Part shown: in pieces, positions 1-10,429 of the stretch
How the letters are laid out: each line of letters starts with the position of its first letter
Numbering within the stretch: the stretch's first letter is position 1
Assembly (NCBI GenBank): GCA_002269645.1
Contig: NIVC01000251.1
Coordinates: 62,001 to 126,000 of the forward strand
From: Macrostomum lignano
Taxonomy: Eukaryota
DNA length: 64,000 nt
Reading direction: 5' to 3'
Notes under the pieces: generated by a model
What the model was told of the DNA's origin: nothing
Databases searched by the model: none
What the model saw: the letters and a program-made list of their open reading frames with translations, nothing else
Program-made: the position numbers and the translations under genes

Positions 1-639
1 GTGTCAGTAATCATTTTTAGACAGCATCGGATCAGTTTTCAGGCCGCTTTTTTTCAATTCTATAGCTCAGATTTTTCAGTCGTCCGACCTGTCTCTTGTC
101 GTTGCTGTACTTTCCAATTGTTTTCAAATATTAAATTTGGTTAAATCGATACACCTAAAATACTTCCCACAGTCGCCAAACTTACTAATTAGCAGTAGTA
201 GGATTGTAGTTAAAATTTTATAAACTGATCATTTTCCCCTTTACAGTCTGCCTACTCTTTGAGTCGGCTAATTTGTAACAAGTGAACATTGTTGCAAGCT
301 TGAAATGCAACCTCAACAGTTAAGTTACACTATGACGCTACCAACTTACAAGTAATAACTGAATACAAACTTCTTTTTCTTACCTGTGTAAGAAAACAAC
401 TATAAATGCTTATTTATGAAATATACTAAAGCACACAAACAGATACAATTCGCCTGCGTTTTTGTGCTGAGTTTAGCATAACAACAGCGTTAACTGATTC
501 ATTTTGTACTTGCTTTCTATATTGTAATTATAGCATCTTTAATTTTCTTAAATTGGGTAGGGAAATTTCGTAGGAGACCGAAGTTAAACTGTAAAAACGA
601 ATAAATTTTTTTATGCTCGCGCTCTTCATAACCGCAGAG

Positions 640-962
640 GTCCCACAGAACTCCTCCCACCAACGAACATCTCCACCCGCAGAACCTCTACCCCCATAAA
701 ACCCCTCCCCCCACAAAACCCCTCCCCCACAAAACCCCTCCCCCACGGAACCCCTTTCCCCACAAAACCCCCTCCACACAACCCCCATGGAACCCCTCCC
801 CGCACAAACCCCACACAGAACCCCCTCCACGGAACCCCTCCCCGCACAAACGCCCCCCTACAAACCCCTTCCCCCACACAGAACCCCATGCCCCACAGAA
901 CCCTCCCCCCATATAACCTCCACAGAACCCTCACCCACAAAAAACCCGTTCCCCCCCCCAAA
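640..962. repeat. C-rich low-complexity degenerate repeat (core like AAAACCCCTCCCCCCAC); G-rich on minus strand
   Basis: Many C4-C8 runs separated by short A-rich spacers; the Gly/Pro-rich ORFs called here are artefacts. Confidence 0.85.
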
Positions 963-1056
963 TTCTTTCGCACAACTTCTACCAGTTATTTATGTCTAAA
1001 CAGTAGTCAATAAGCAATCAATAAAAAAGCATCAACATTACGTGTATTACAAATTC

Positions 1057-2511
1057 ATGTCTCAGCTAACGCCAATTAGAGATCAATCCGCCACTGTTCC
1101 ACCTGGAATGGTTGGCGGCGGCGGCGGCGGCGGCGGGTCATCTTTAGCATCGTCTAGCGGCGGCGCTGGTCAAACCAATCCTACAGAATCATTCGATTCT
1201 GTTCAACGCTACCTGCGTTTAATGATGAAGCTGAAAGAGGTCACGGGCAAATACTTGGATCATTCGTTGGCTCAGTCGCTTCATCAGGCTGTCGAATTTG
1301 ATTTAGGCGACGCTGATTATTACGAACGAACTCCGCCCATACCGCAGGAGCTGCCTCAGTTACTCGATCAGATGGAAGTGCTATTAAAACACTTGATTAG
1401 TTGGGCAGATTTGCACCTGTGCCAACAGACCGCAGCTATGAGTATTGGTGCTAGTATGAGGCAGCAGCAGCAGCCTGGTCAGCAAGACCACCTATCTCTA
1501 GACGCTGAGTCCGTTCGTCAACGATCTCAAAACGACATCGAGCGTTGTCAAGCGTCTGTAGAGCCTCTAGCCGATTTAGTTAAGCGCCTGTCTCACAGTG
1601 CCGCTTCTGGAGCTGCCGCGGTTGCCGCTAAAACAGCCGCTGCCGCAGAGGCTGCTCGCGCCGCGGCTGCAGCGGCTGTTGAGGCGAAAGCGAAAGCCGA
1701 AGCCGAGGCTTCAGCCAGGGCGGCGATTGAAGAAGAGCGAGCTCAAGCGGCCCAGGCTGAAGCGGCCAAAATTGAAGCTGAAGCGGCCGCCGCATCAGCC
1801 ACCGCTGCCACTTTGCAAGCTGCAGAAGCAGAAATTTTAGCCAAGACTGAAGCTCAGTCTGCTGATTCTGCAGTTAGGCAAGAGGAAGTCCAACAAGATT
1901 TGAAGCAGGCCCCATCGTCTGTTCCAGCTTCTTCTGCATCAACTAGTCATTCTAGCACGCCTCAGCCTCAGCAGCCAGAACAGGAGCAGCAGAAAATAGT
2001 TGAAAAGAAAGAATTTGAAGAGCCAATGGAATCCAAAGCTCAACGAGAGGATGAAAAAGAAAAGCATCTACCAGTAGTTTCTTCTGCTACATCCGATGCC
2101 CCAATAAAATCGGAACAATTCCTGCCAACGTCGCTTGAGCAACAACCAACTCAAGCTAGTGCATCGACTTCTGCTACTAGCACTACTGTTAGTAGTAGTA
2201 CTACTTCATTAACAGTTAAACCTGAAGCAGCATTGACAACTGTCGGCGAGGATATGATGACATCTGAGGATGTTGACATGCTTTCAGCTGTTGATGCACT
2301 TATCGATTCTCAACAGCAGCTGGAGCAGCAACAGTCTCAAGCTGCTACCGATGCTTCTGCCACAGCTGCTCATACTACTGAACCGTCTACTACTACTACT
2401 TCTACAGCTGAAGATGTTGAAATGATTGACTTTATCACCTCCGCAACTGGAGACGATGGCGGAGGTGATGGCGGCGGTGGCGGCTCATCAAATAAACCAC
2501 CGACTGTGTAA
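1057..2511 (+). CDS. MED29: Mediator subunit 29 (intersex)-like protein with long Ala-rich and Ser/Thr/Gln-rich C-terminal extension; single exon, 484 aa
   Basis: First in-frame ATG at 1057 (track starts at GTG 1042), stop at 2511. Segment SFDSVQRYLRLMMKLKE...LDQMEVLLK resembles the recalled MED29 core (DFDPVQRYKMLIPQLKE...CDQLELCLR). Not database-confirmed. Confidence 0.65.
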   Translation: MSQLTPIRDQSATVPPGMVGGGGGGGGSSLASSSGGAGQTNPTESFDSVQRYLRLMMKLKEVTGKYLDHSLAQSLHQAVEFDLGDADYYERTPPIPQELPQLLDQMEVLLKHLISWADLHLCQQTAAMSIGASMRQQQQPGQQDHLSLDAESVRQRSQNDIERCQASVEPLADLVKRLSHSAASGAAAVAAKTAAAAEAARAAAAAAVEAKAKAEAEASARAAIEEERAQAAQAEAAKIEAEAAAASATAATLQAAEAEILAKTEAQSADSAVRQEEVQQDLKQAPSSVPASSASTSHSSTPQPQQPEQEQQKIVEKKEFEEPMESKAQREDEKEKHLPVVSSATSDAPIKSEQFLPTSLEQQPTQASASTSATSTTVSSSTTSLTVKPEAALTTVGEDMMTSEDVDMLSAVDALIDSQQQLEQQQSQAATDASATAAHTTEPSTTTTSTAEDVEMIDFITSATGDDGGGDGGGGGSSNKPPTV

Positions 2512-2769
2512 AACATCAAAACGTTTTTTAACTTGCTACTGCTTAAGTAATATATTGTGCATACAAACCCAGCTTTAAATTTGTGTAATTGGTCAATTCA
2601 GTAGTAAAATAAATAAATAATGTCAATGGTAATCCGTCTTTTTACTTTTTCTTAAATTATTATGAAATACTAGTGTGATTTTCTTACATTTTGTTCGTTT
2701 TTATTTATTTTTGTCCTATGTAAACTAATCATCCTCTGCTTCAATAGATTATTTTTTCGACGCATGTAG

Positions 2770-3724
2770 TAGACACAGCTACCCCTTCAGTAATGGACAC
2801 AGCTACCACTTTAGTAATGGACACAGCTATCACTTTAGTAATGGACACAGCTACCACTTTAGTAATGGACACAGCTACCACTTTAGTAATGGACACAGCT
2901 ATCACTTTAGTAATGGACACAGCTACCACTTTAGTAATGGACACAGCTACCACTTTAGTAATGGACACAGCTACCACTTTAGTAATGGACACAGTTACCA
3001 CTTTAGTAATGGACACAGCTACCCCTTCAGTAATGGACACAGCTGCCACTTTAGTAATGGACACAGTTACCACTTCAGTAATGGACACAGCTACCACTTT
3101 AGTAATGGACACAGTTACCACTTTAGTAATGGACACAGTTACCACTTTAGTAATGGACACAGCTACCCCTTCAGTAATGGACACAGCTGCCACTTTAGTA
3201 ATGGACACAGCTACCACTTTAGTAATGGACACAGCTACCACTTTAGTAATGGACACAGCTACCACTTTAGTAATGGACACAGTTACCACTTTAGTAATGG
3301 ACACAGCTGCCACTTTAGTAATGGACACAGCTGCCCCTTCAGTAATGGACACAGTTACCACTTTAGTAATGGACAGTTACCACTTTAGTAATGGACACAG
3401 TTACCACTTTAGTAATGGACACAGCTGCCCCTTCAGTAATGGACACAGTTACCACTTTAGTAATGGACACAGCTGCCACTTTAGTAATGGACACAGCTGC
3501 CACTTTAGTAATAGACACAGTTACCACTTTAGTAATGGACACAGTTACCACTTTAGTAATGGACACAGCTACCACTTTAGTAATGGACACAGCTACCACT
3601 TTAGTAATGGACACAGTTACCACTTTAGTAATGGACACAGTTACCACTTTAGTAATGGACACAGCTACCCCTTCAGTAATGGACACAGCTGCCACTTTAG
3701 TAATGGACACAGTTACCACTTCCA
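2770..3724. repeat. 24-bp minisatellite (CACAGCTACCACTTTAGTAATGGA), about 39 copies
   Basis: Direct reading; period 24 gives the MDTATTLV repeat ORFs. Confidence 0.97.
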
Positions 3725-3751
3725 GTGTACACAGCTCCTCTCATCCTGTTT

Positions 3752-4363
3752 ATGCCCGTCATCGCCTCCAACCCTCATTCGCCAACAAGCCGGCAATCGG
3801 CCCCTCGCCCTCACCTACGCAGCCTACTTGCCATTCTGTGCGTCAGCGGTGTCTCATTCCTGCTAGCACTGAGCAGTCATCAGTCAGCAGTGTTGTCCAG
3901 TTCTGTCATGACATCGACAGCCTCCGAACCGAGCGAAGCCTCAATGGGCCAGTGCTCGCTGCCTGGCGACAGTCTCAAGCCGTCAATTTTCACTAAAATA
4001 ATCCATCGAGAAGTTCCAGCAAAGATTCTGTACGAAGACGAATTGGTAATTTCGTTTCTTGGCTTGCCGCAGAACCGCGTCACCCCTGTGCAGTTTCTTG
4101 TTGTGCCAAAGAAACAACTGGCCACGCTGGAGGAGGCGAACTCTTGCGATGAAGCTGCTCTAGGCCGAATGTTTACCGTTGCTAGTCTGGTTGCTAAGCA
4201 ACAGGGAGTTACCAATGGTTACAGATTGGTTATTAATAATGGTAACGATGCTGGTCAAGAGGTGCCTCATCTGCATATTCACGTGTTTTCGCTTAACGCC
4301 CAAAAAGTAAAAAAATTGCGGAAAAGTGTCCTGTCAACTTGCAAAAAAATTTCCGTTTTTTGA
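3752..4363 (+). CDS. HINT: HINT-family (HIT) protein, copy 1; native C-terminus replaced after HLHIHVF
   Basis: In-frame ATG at 3752. SIFTKII..EVPAKILYED, GYRLVINNGNDAGQEVPHLHIHV are HINT motifs. Identity with copy 2 ends at 4288, then reads into unrelated AT-rich DNA. Confidence 0.8.
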   Translation: MPVIASNPHSPTSRQSAPRPHLRSLLAILCVSGVSFLLALSSHQSAVLSSSVMTSTASEPSEASMGQCSLPGDSLKPSIFTKIIHREVPAKILYEDELVISFLGLPQNRVTPVQFLVVPKKQLATLEEANSCDEAALGRMFTVASLVAKQQGVTNGYRLVINNGNDAGQEVPHLHIHVFSLNAQKVKKLRKSVLSTCKKISVF

Positions 4364-5936
4364 TTTTAAAGTGCCGAAAATTACACTTGAATAGCATTTT
4401 TAATTTTTTGCTTTTTTATATTATAGATTTTTTATATTGCATCTTTCGCAATTAAAACAATTTTCTTGAGTTTTCTTTGATTTGTTGTTGTGGTAATTAA
4501 ATTACAATTGATTTTTACATACTATTCTGTTGCATTTTCTTTAATTTTCTTCAACTGAATTTATAATTCAATTGCAATTGATTTGTAAAAACTATTTTGT
4601 TGCATTTTCTTCAATTAAAGTGGTTATTAAATTACAATAATTTGTGAAGTACAGCCTCCTTTGTAACAGTTATCTGATCCAACTTTTTTGAGTTGCCTTC
4701 ATTTTAATTGATTCAAATTGCATTTTAATAAATAAATGTTGGATGCTGAATGTTAAATGTGCACCTTTTTTCACAATTCATACACAAAAGGCTCGATGCA
4801 TCAGATCTTGGTATAGAGATAAAAATGACTAAAACTGTTTTAAGTCTCATCTGGCATAGCATGTTTTAATTTATAATGAAGAATTTCGATATCAGGATAA
4901 ATGAGTTATTAGACAGAAAAGGTTGGAATTATTCATGTTTTTTTGAGTATGCATGCTGAAATTTAGTTTTATCTTAACATTTATCGCTTTGGCCTAAAGT
5001 ACAATTATTCCCACATGACAATAAAAAGCTAAATAAAAACACATTTCGTTAAAATTAATGTAGTTGTTGGCGCAGGAAGAATGGAAAAGTATTTATCAAA
5101 ATTATGATGTCGTTTAAACTATGGTATAATAGCTTATCATTATTAATATATTATGTAACGATGATTATTATTATAATCGAAGTATTTTTATCTTGTTATA
5201 ATCAGGGGCAGACAAAATCAGACAAAACAAAAATGCAACATCATTTTTTGATGTATCAGTTTTAATTAAATTAATATTCGTTAGTTATTTTAAATTCGGA
5301 GTGTGTGGTAAGTTATTTAGGTTTTAATGGGACGTTACCAACAATGAGAACAAGAACGATTGTTGCATAAATTGTTTGTTAATTACAGATGTATGTAAAG
5401 GGAAAAACAGACATTCATGTTAAGTAATGCGTAGATACTACGAGTAGTCTGTTGCATTTTTGCAAAGAAGATATTCCATTTTGGAATATCACATAGGAGA
5501 AATATTATAATATTGCTACAGACAATTGAAAGTAAAGTAAATATATATTTATCTCCAGGCAGCTGACCTTTTCGTATTGTACTTTGAAGTTCCTATTCTT
5601 GAAATTAAAATGTTTATCTATTAGGAAATCCATAGGTAGTCAATATCTTTTAGCTTTACCATCATGTTCATTAGTAGTATTAATGGTGCTTTTCCAATCC
5701 TAGCATTGTGGCCAGTGAAAAATTTATCAGCAATGACAAAAGCCCATGATTTACTCTGAAGTATTCTATTTATAAATGCTAATCATATAATACATTCATT
5801 TCCTGTTAGAAATCTTCCAGACTTGGTTAGCTGATATTAAAAAAGGGTTAGACTAATTTGATAACGTTCGTGTGCTCTAGATTTTAAGTCCACAGTTACC
5901 CCTCCAGTGTACACAGCTCCTCTCATCCTGTTTCAG

Positions 5937-6509
5937 CCCGTCATCGCCTCCAACCCTCATTCGCCAACAAGCCGGCAATCGGCCCCTCGCCCTCACCTAC
6001 GCAGCCTACTTGCCATTCTGTGCGTCAGCGGTGTCTCATTCCTACTAGCACTGAGCAGTCATCAGTCAGCAGTGTCGTCCAGTTTTGTCATGTCATCGAC
6101 AGCCTCCGAACCGAGCGAAGCCTCAATGGGCCAGTGCTCGCTGCCTGGCGACAGTCGCAAGCCGTCAATTTTCACTAAAATAATCCGCCGAGAAGTTCCG
6201 GCAAAGATTCTGTACGAAGACGAATTGGTAATTTCGTTTCTTGGCTTGCCGCAGAACCGCGTCACCCCTGTGCAGTTTCTTGTTGTGCCAAAGAAACAAC
6301 TGGCCACGCTGGAGGAGGCGAACTCTTGCGATGAAGCTGCTCTAGGCCGAATGTTTACCGTTGCTAGTCTGGTTGCTAAGCAACAGGGAGTTACCAATGG
6401 TTACAGATTGGTTATTAATAATGGTAACGATGCTGGTCAAGAGGTGCCTCATCTGCATATTCACGTGTTTGCTGGACAACCTATGAGTTGGCCACCTGGC
6501 ACTGACTAA
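5937..6509 (+). CDS. HINT: HINT-family protein, copy 2, intact C-terminus (GQPMSWPPGTD); HINT2-like N-terminal leader
   Basis: HIT motif HLHIHVF and conserved WPPG tail. Reading frame is open from an acceptor (ctcctctcatcctgtttcag|, exon start 5937); first genomic in-frame ATG only at 6090. Confidence 0.88.
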   Translation, partial: PVIASNPHSPTSRQSAPRPHLRSLLAILCVSGVSFLLALSSHQSAVSSSFVMSSTASEPSEASMGQCSLPGDSRKPSIFTKIIRREVPAKILYEDELVISFLGLPQNRVTPVQFLVVPKKQLATLEEANSCDEAALGRMFTVASLVAKQQGVTNGYRLVINNGNDAGQEVPHLHIHVFAGQPMSWPPGTD

Positions 6510-6734
6510 TTGAAGTTAGCGATTATCGATCTCCTCGTTGGAGTACATTTTAAAAACCTTTCATTGTATAATAAAATTAAGTCTTCTATTGAAGCCAAAT
6601 AGTCTGCCTTTGATTGGAAATATATACTCATATATATCGAATTTTTTATTTTTGTGCGTCTTTAGTAAACTCGTACAAATAAACGCTTTTTGCTTCTTTT
6701 TAATTCGATTCATAGTTTTACAGGAAATTTCCTT

Positions 6735-7075
6735 GTTAGTGCTCAATAAAGTTCAAGACGATTCTCACTGAAGTTTAAGGCGATTGTCACTGAAGTTCAA
6801 AACGATTCTCACTGAAGTTTAAGGCGATTGTCACTGAAGTTCAAAACGATTCTCACTGAAGTGCAAGACGATTCTCACTATAGTTCAAGACGATTCTCAC
6901 TATATTTCAAGACGGTTCTCACCACAGTTCACGACGATTCTCACCACAGTTCACGACGATTCTCACCACAGTTCACGACGGTTCTCACCACAGTTCACGA
7001 CGATTCTCACCACAGTTCACGACGATTTCTCACTATAGTTCAAGACGATTCTCAATAAAGTTCAGGACGATTCTC
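6735..7075. repeat. 22-bp degenerate minisatellite (GTTCAAGACGATTCTCACTGAA)
   Basis: Direct reading, about 15 copies. Confidence 0.9.
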
Positions 7076-7260
7076 GATTAAATTTTGTGGCAAATCTCTG
7101 TAAACTTTTTTAAAGCGATTCTTAGAAAAATTACATTTGGTTATTCTACAAGCTACACCTTAACTACGTTGACATCATTTTACAGCTTATATATCAACTG
7201 TCTCTTTCTGATCATTGATCGTTAAAAAGCTTGAAAAGAACTTCGGGTATTTCTAAGATA

Positions 7261-8325
7261 ATGCTTTGTCGCATCTACCAACGCTGCCACCATTCTACTC
7301 AACCGTTTGCTTTGCTGCAACACTTTGCAAACAAATCTTTGCCAATCAATTTCTATAATTGCGCCTCTACAAGTGCTTATGCTACTACTAGCCTGAGTTG
7401 TTTGACTCAATCTTGCGCTATTAATCGACGTCAATTGTCGCAGGCTTCTCTAACTGATCAGTCCTCAGAAAGTAAACAATTGCTTTCACGCCAGCAACAG
7501 TCCAAGCCGAAACTGCATTGGACTGAAGAGTTTCGCATTCGATCGCCGAAGGTTCCACTGAGTAGACTGCAGGACGAGCCAGTTGTAGCCATAGACATTG
7601 AAAGCGACGCCTTTAACGATAGACGGATAGCATTTCTATTGCGTCGGGGCATTTTAAAAGTGCCGCTGCATCCGAGAATGCGCGGTCTAGGCAAGATACT
7701 TAGCTATTGCGGTTTGTTTAGCCTGCCCTACTTGATGTTCTGCAAATGGGCTGGCGGTACACCTTTGCTTGGCGAGATGACCACTTATGCTATTCCAGCT
7801 ACAGTAGCTGGTGTCTGTATTGGGTACCTTGGCATCAATCTAGCCTTAGAGAAGGCCTATCTTGCTAATAGAATCTATTCGATAGCATTAGACGAAAATA
7901 ATCCAACAATGGTTTATATTAGCACCTTGCCTGCTGGCGGTTGGCTTCACGGACAGCATCGCAGCTACGTGACTACTATTGATAATATCGTAGTGGACAC
8001 CGAAAATTCCAGTAGAAATTGGGCTAAACTGAGCTTCAAAGCTGGCGGCGAAGGTCTGTCATTCTCTTTGCCGATAAGCAAACGAAAATGTTTTGTAGTC
8101 GATGGCAGGGCAATGTCGGCGTTCACCTCAGCAATCTGGTCGTCTAGTTCGGCTGCATCGGCGGCTAAGCTATCGGACATGCGCGGCTTCGATCAGGTGT
8201 CCTTGCCGAATGAACGGGAAATTGATCGTCACCTTGACAGTTTAATGACTCCTGAAAATGCCAGTCAGTCGAGTGAGAAGTCTGAAGAATCTAATCAGAA
8301 TAAGGAACAGAAATCCACTGCTTGA
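7261..8325 (+). CDS. Single-exon 354-aa protein with mitochondrial-type N-terminus and two hydrophobic helices; TMEM70/TMEM186/TMEM223-like (tentative)
   Basis: Long non-repetitive ORF, ATG 7261 to TGA 8325. R/S/L-rich leader, hydrophobic segments ILSYCGLFSLPYLMF and IPATVAGVCIGYLGINLAL followed by a beta-rich stretch, as in TMEM70-type proteins. Coding likely; family assignment weak. Confidence 0.6.
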   Translation: MLCRIYQRCHHSTQPFALLQHFANKSLPINFYNCASTSAYATTSLSCLTQSCAINRRQLSQASLTDQSSESKQLLSRQQQSKPKLHWTEEFRIRSPKVPLSRLQDEPVVAIDIESDAFNDRRIAFLLRRGILKVPLHPRMRGLGKILSYCGLFSLPYLMFCKWAGGTPLLGEMTTYAIPATVAGVCIGYLGINLALEKAYLANRIYSIALDENNPTMVYISTLPAGGWLHGQHRSYVTTIDNIVVDTENSSRNWAKLSFKAGGEGLSFSLPISKRKCFVVDGRAMSAFTSAIWSSSSAASAAKLSDMRGFDQVSLPNEREIDRHLDSLMTPENASQSSEKSEESNQNKEQKSTA

Positions 8326-9047
8326 ATAATGGCGCGATTGTACACTCGTATTCGCGGAATTTTATAGCTTAGTATAACAACCGTCTGAGCACCGCTGTTA
8401 GTGCGATTGTATCACATCTATTTCAAGTATTTTGTCATCTGGACTTGTATAAAAAAGCATCATTTCTGTCGGTATTCGCACCCTGACGCAACGCCTTCGG
8501 CGACATCGTCCCTCAATCAGCGTTGACGGCAATTCTGCCTATTCTTCTACACAGGTGTACAGCGGCCCAGACTTTCTAATCGTCCGTCGGGCATGTGCAT
8601 TCTAGTATCTTTTTACCGCTAAAAAAATCTTGAAACTAAATTGAGTCAATGACAGTGGCTCTGAACCTGCCAGATGCAACCTTTCATAACCCAGGGTTGG
8701 AAACTCAACCGTATTTACTATAATTTATCAGTGAATTAGTTGATAAAAATCATCCAGCTTAGAACCATGCGTGTTGATAAAACAGGTAAAAAAAGTTCTG
8801 CTAACACGTTTTGTGTCTAGCTCCACCGTAAGGTTAACGTTACTGATGTTTGCAAATAATAAAGTTGTTAAAACACTGATAAAGTTTGAATTATCTAAAT
8901 ACACGGTCATTTTAAAGCTTGCTTTAAAAATTTAAATTTCTTTTCAATGTTTTTCAAATTTATCTGTCATATTTGTTATTCACGATATGTTTTCTAATTC
9001 AGCAGATAGAAATATATAGGAATTAATTCACTGTAGTTTGAGACTGA

Positions 9048-9108
9048 CTAACTGACTTGCTAAACGACTTGACTGACTGACTGACTGACTGACTGACTGA
9101 CTGACTAA
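9048..9108. repeat. (CTGA)n microsatellite
   Basis: Direct reading. Confidence 0.9.
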
Positions 9109-9596
9109 CTGCTCTGCTCTGTCATCCAATACGAAACTGTTCATTCCTATGCAGTCTCAGAGCTTGGACTGTTCAACAGTGGAAGTTTATTTACAAATCG
9201 ATCTAAAGTACACTAGTAGCCAGTCTAATTTCGATTCAGAGTCAATTTAGTTGAGGTTGTAGGCTTGGTCACGCTTGCTTTAGAGGAGCTCGTCAGCTGC
9301 AGGCTCGACATGCCTGATCAAACAGAATGCAGCCGAATTATTCTTCTCTGTCTTGTATTTCTAAATGAGAAAATCGTGTACTGTGCTCTGGATGTTTTAT
9401 TATTGAAAGCTGGACTTTTTTAAACTATCAGTAATTACACAGGAAATCTTGTTTTGTTAGAACTGTCAGTGAAAGGCATTATTGTAATCTTTTTTTGGGT
9501 GGAAATTTTGGATTTTAATTACGACGCTTTTTATTAACCATTCGTTAATTGACAGACATTTGCATCTGTATAATTTAGAAATAGTTTCCTATTATA

Positions 9597-10321
9597 GGTT
9601 TTTTCGTTTGATTTCATAAAATTGTCAGTTGATTTCGTCCATAGAAGTTGGCAGCGCGGCCATAGAGTCTATGGCAATAAAGTGCGCTGTTTTCCAATTG
9701 AATTCATAACTTTGCCACTTCATTTCGACTTGGCGCGCGGAGTGGCTCAAACACTGCCAGAGGGGGCTGGGATATCAGTGGGTGAATATCCATGGCCAAA
9801 CCTCTCATAGAAATGAAAAGCCTAGCTATATGAACGTGTCCTCTTCTTGGGCAACAGTCACCTTCCTTGTGTGCCTAAAAATGGCTGCATACGCGTCCAT
9901 TGGAAACGACAGAAGGCATCTTGTCATTGAAGCAATGAACAGGGGTGAGAAAGTGACGGACATAGCGCGATGGCTCAACATCAACAAACAGACAGTGTAC
10001 TCCATAGTGAAGGTGTACAAAGAGACTGGGCGCATCGACAAGCTGCCGAAAGGAGGAAACAATCCTAAGAAGCTGGCCGATCCAATCGCACAAGAACTCG
10101 TTTCTGACATGAAGACAATCCAATGTTGACATTAAAGGAGATGAAGGCGAAACTGCACACGACTTTCTGTTGCCTTTCTACTGAATATGTCGAAATGAAG
10201 TGGCAAAGTTATGAATTCAATCGGAAAACAGCGCACTTTATTGCCATAGACTCTATGGCCGCGCTGCCAACTTCTATGGACGAAATCAAATGACAATTTT
10301 ATGAAATCAAACAAAAAATCA
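9597..10321 (+). mobile_element. Internally deleted Tc1/IS630-type DNA transposon: about 133-bp TIRs enclosing transposase HTH region
   Basis: 9597-9729 is a near-perfect reverse complement of 10189-10321, with TA flanks. Internal ORF KVTDIARWLNINKQTVYSIVKVYKETGRIDKLPKGG then frameshifted DNPMLTLKEMK is a Tc1-like HTH. Confidence 0.85.
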
Positions 10322-10429
10322 TATATTTAAGTAAAAAGTGAGTGAATTTCATCTGTGGAAAACTAGCCCAGATTCTTGAAGTTTTCATCCTTTAATTGTC
10401 ATTAGAAATTCCCTACACGAGAATTTCGT

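Noticed and set aside
2741-3724. MDTATTLV / VSITKV repeat proteins, and similar repeat ORFs at 12.9k, 23.2k, 33k, 36k, 37.2k, 52k and 53.7k
   Set aside because: Open on both strands and in several frames because the units lack stops; no coding support.
1057-6509. Sex-determination cluster (intersex next to HINT, cf. avian HINTW)
   Set aside because: The association comes from unrelated taxa; nothing in the sequence supports a functional link.
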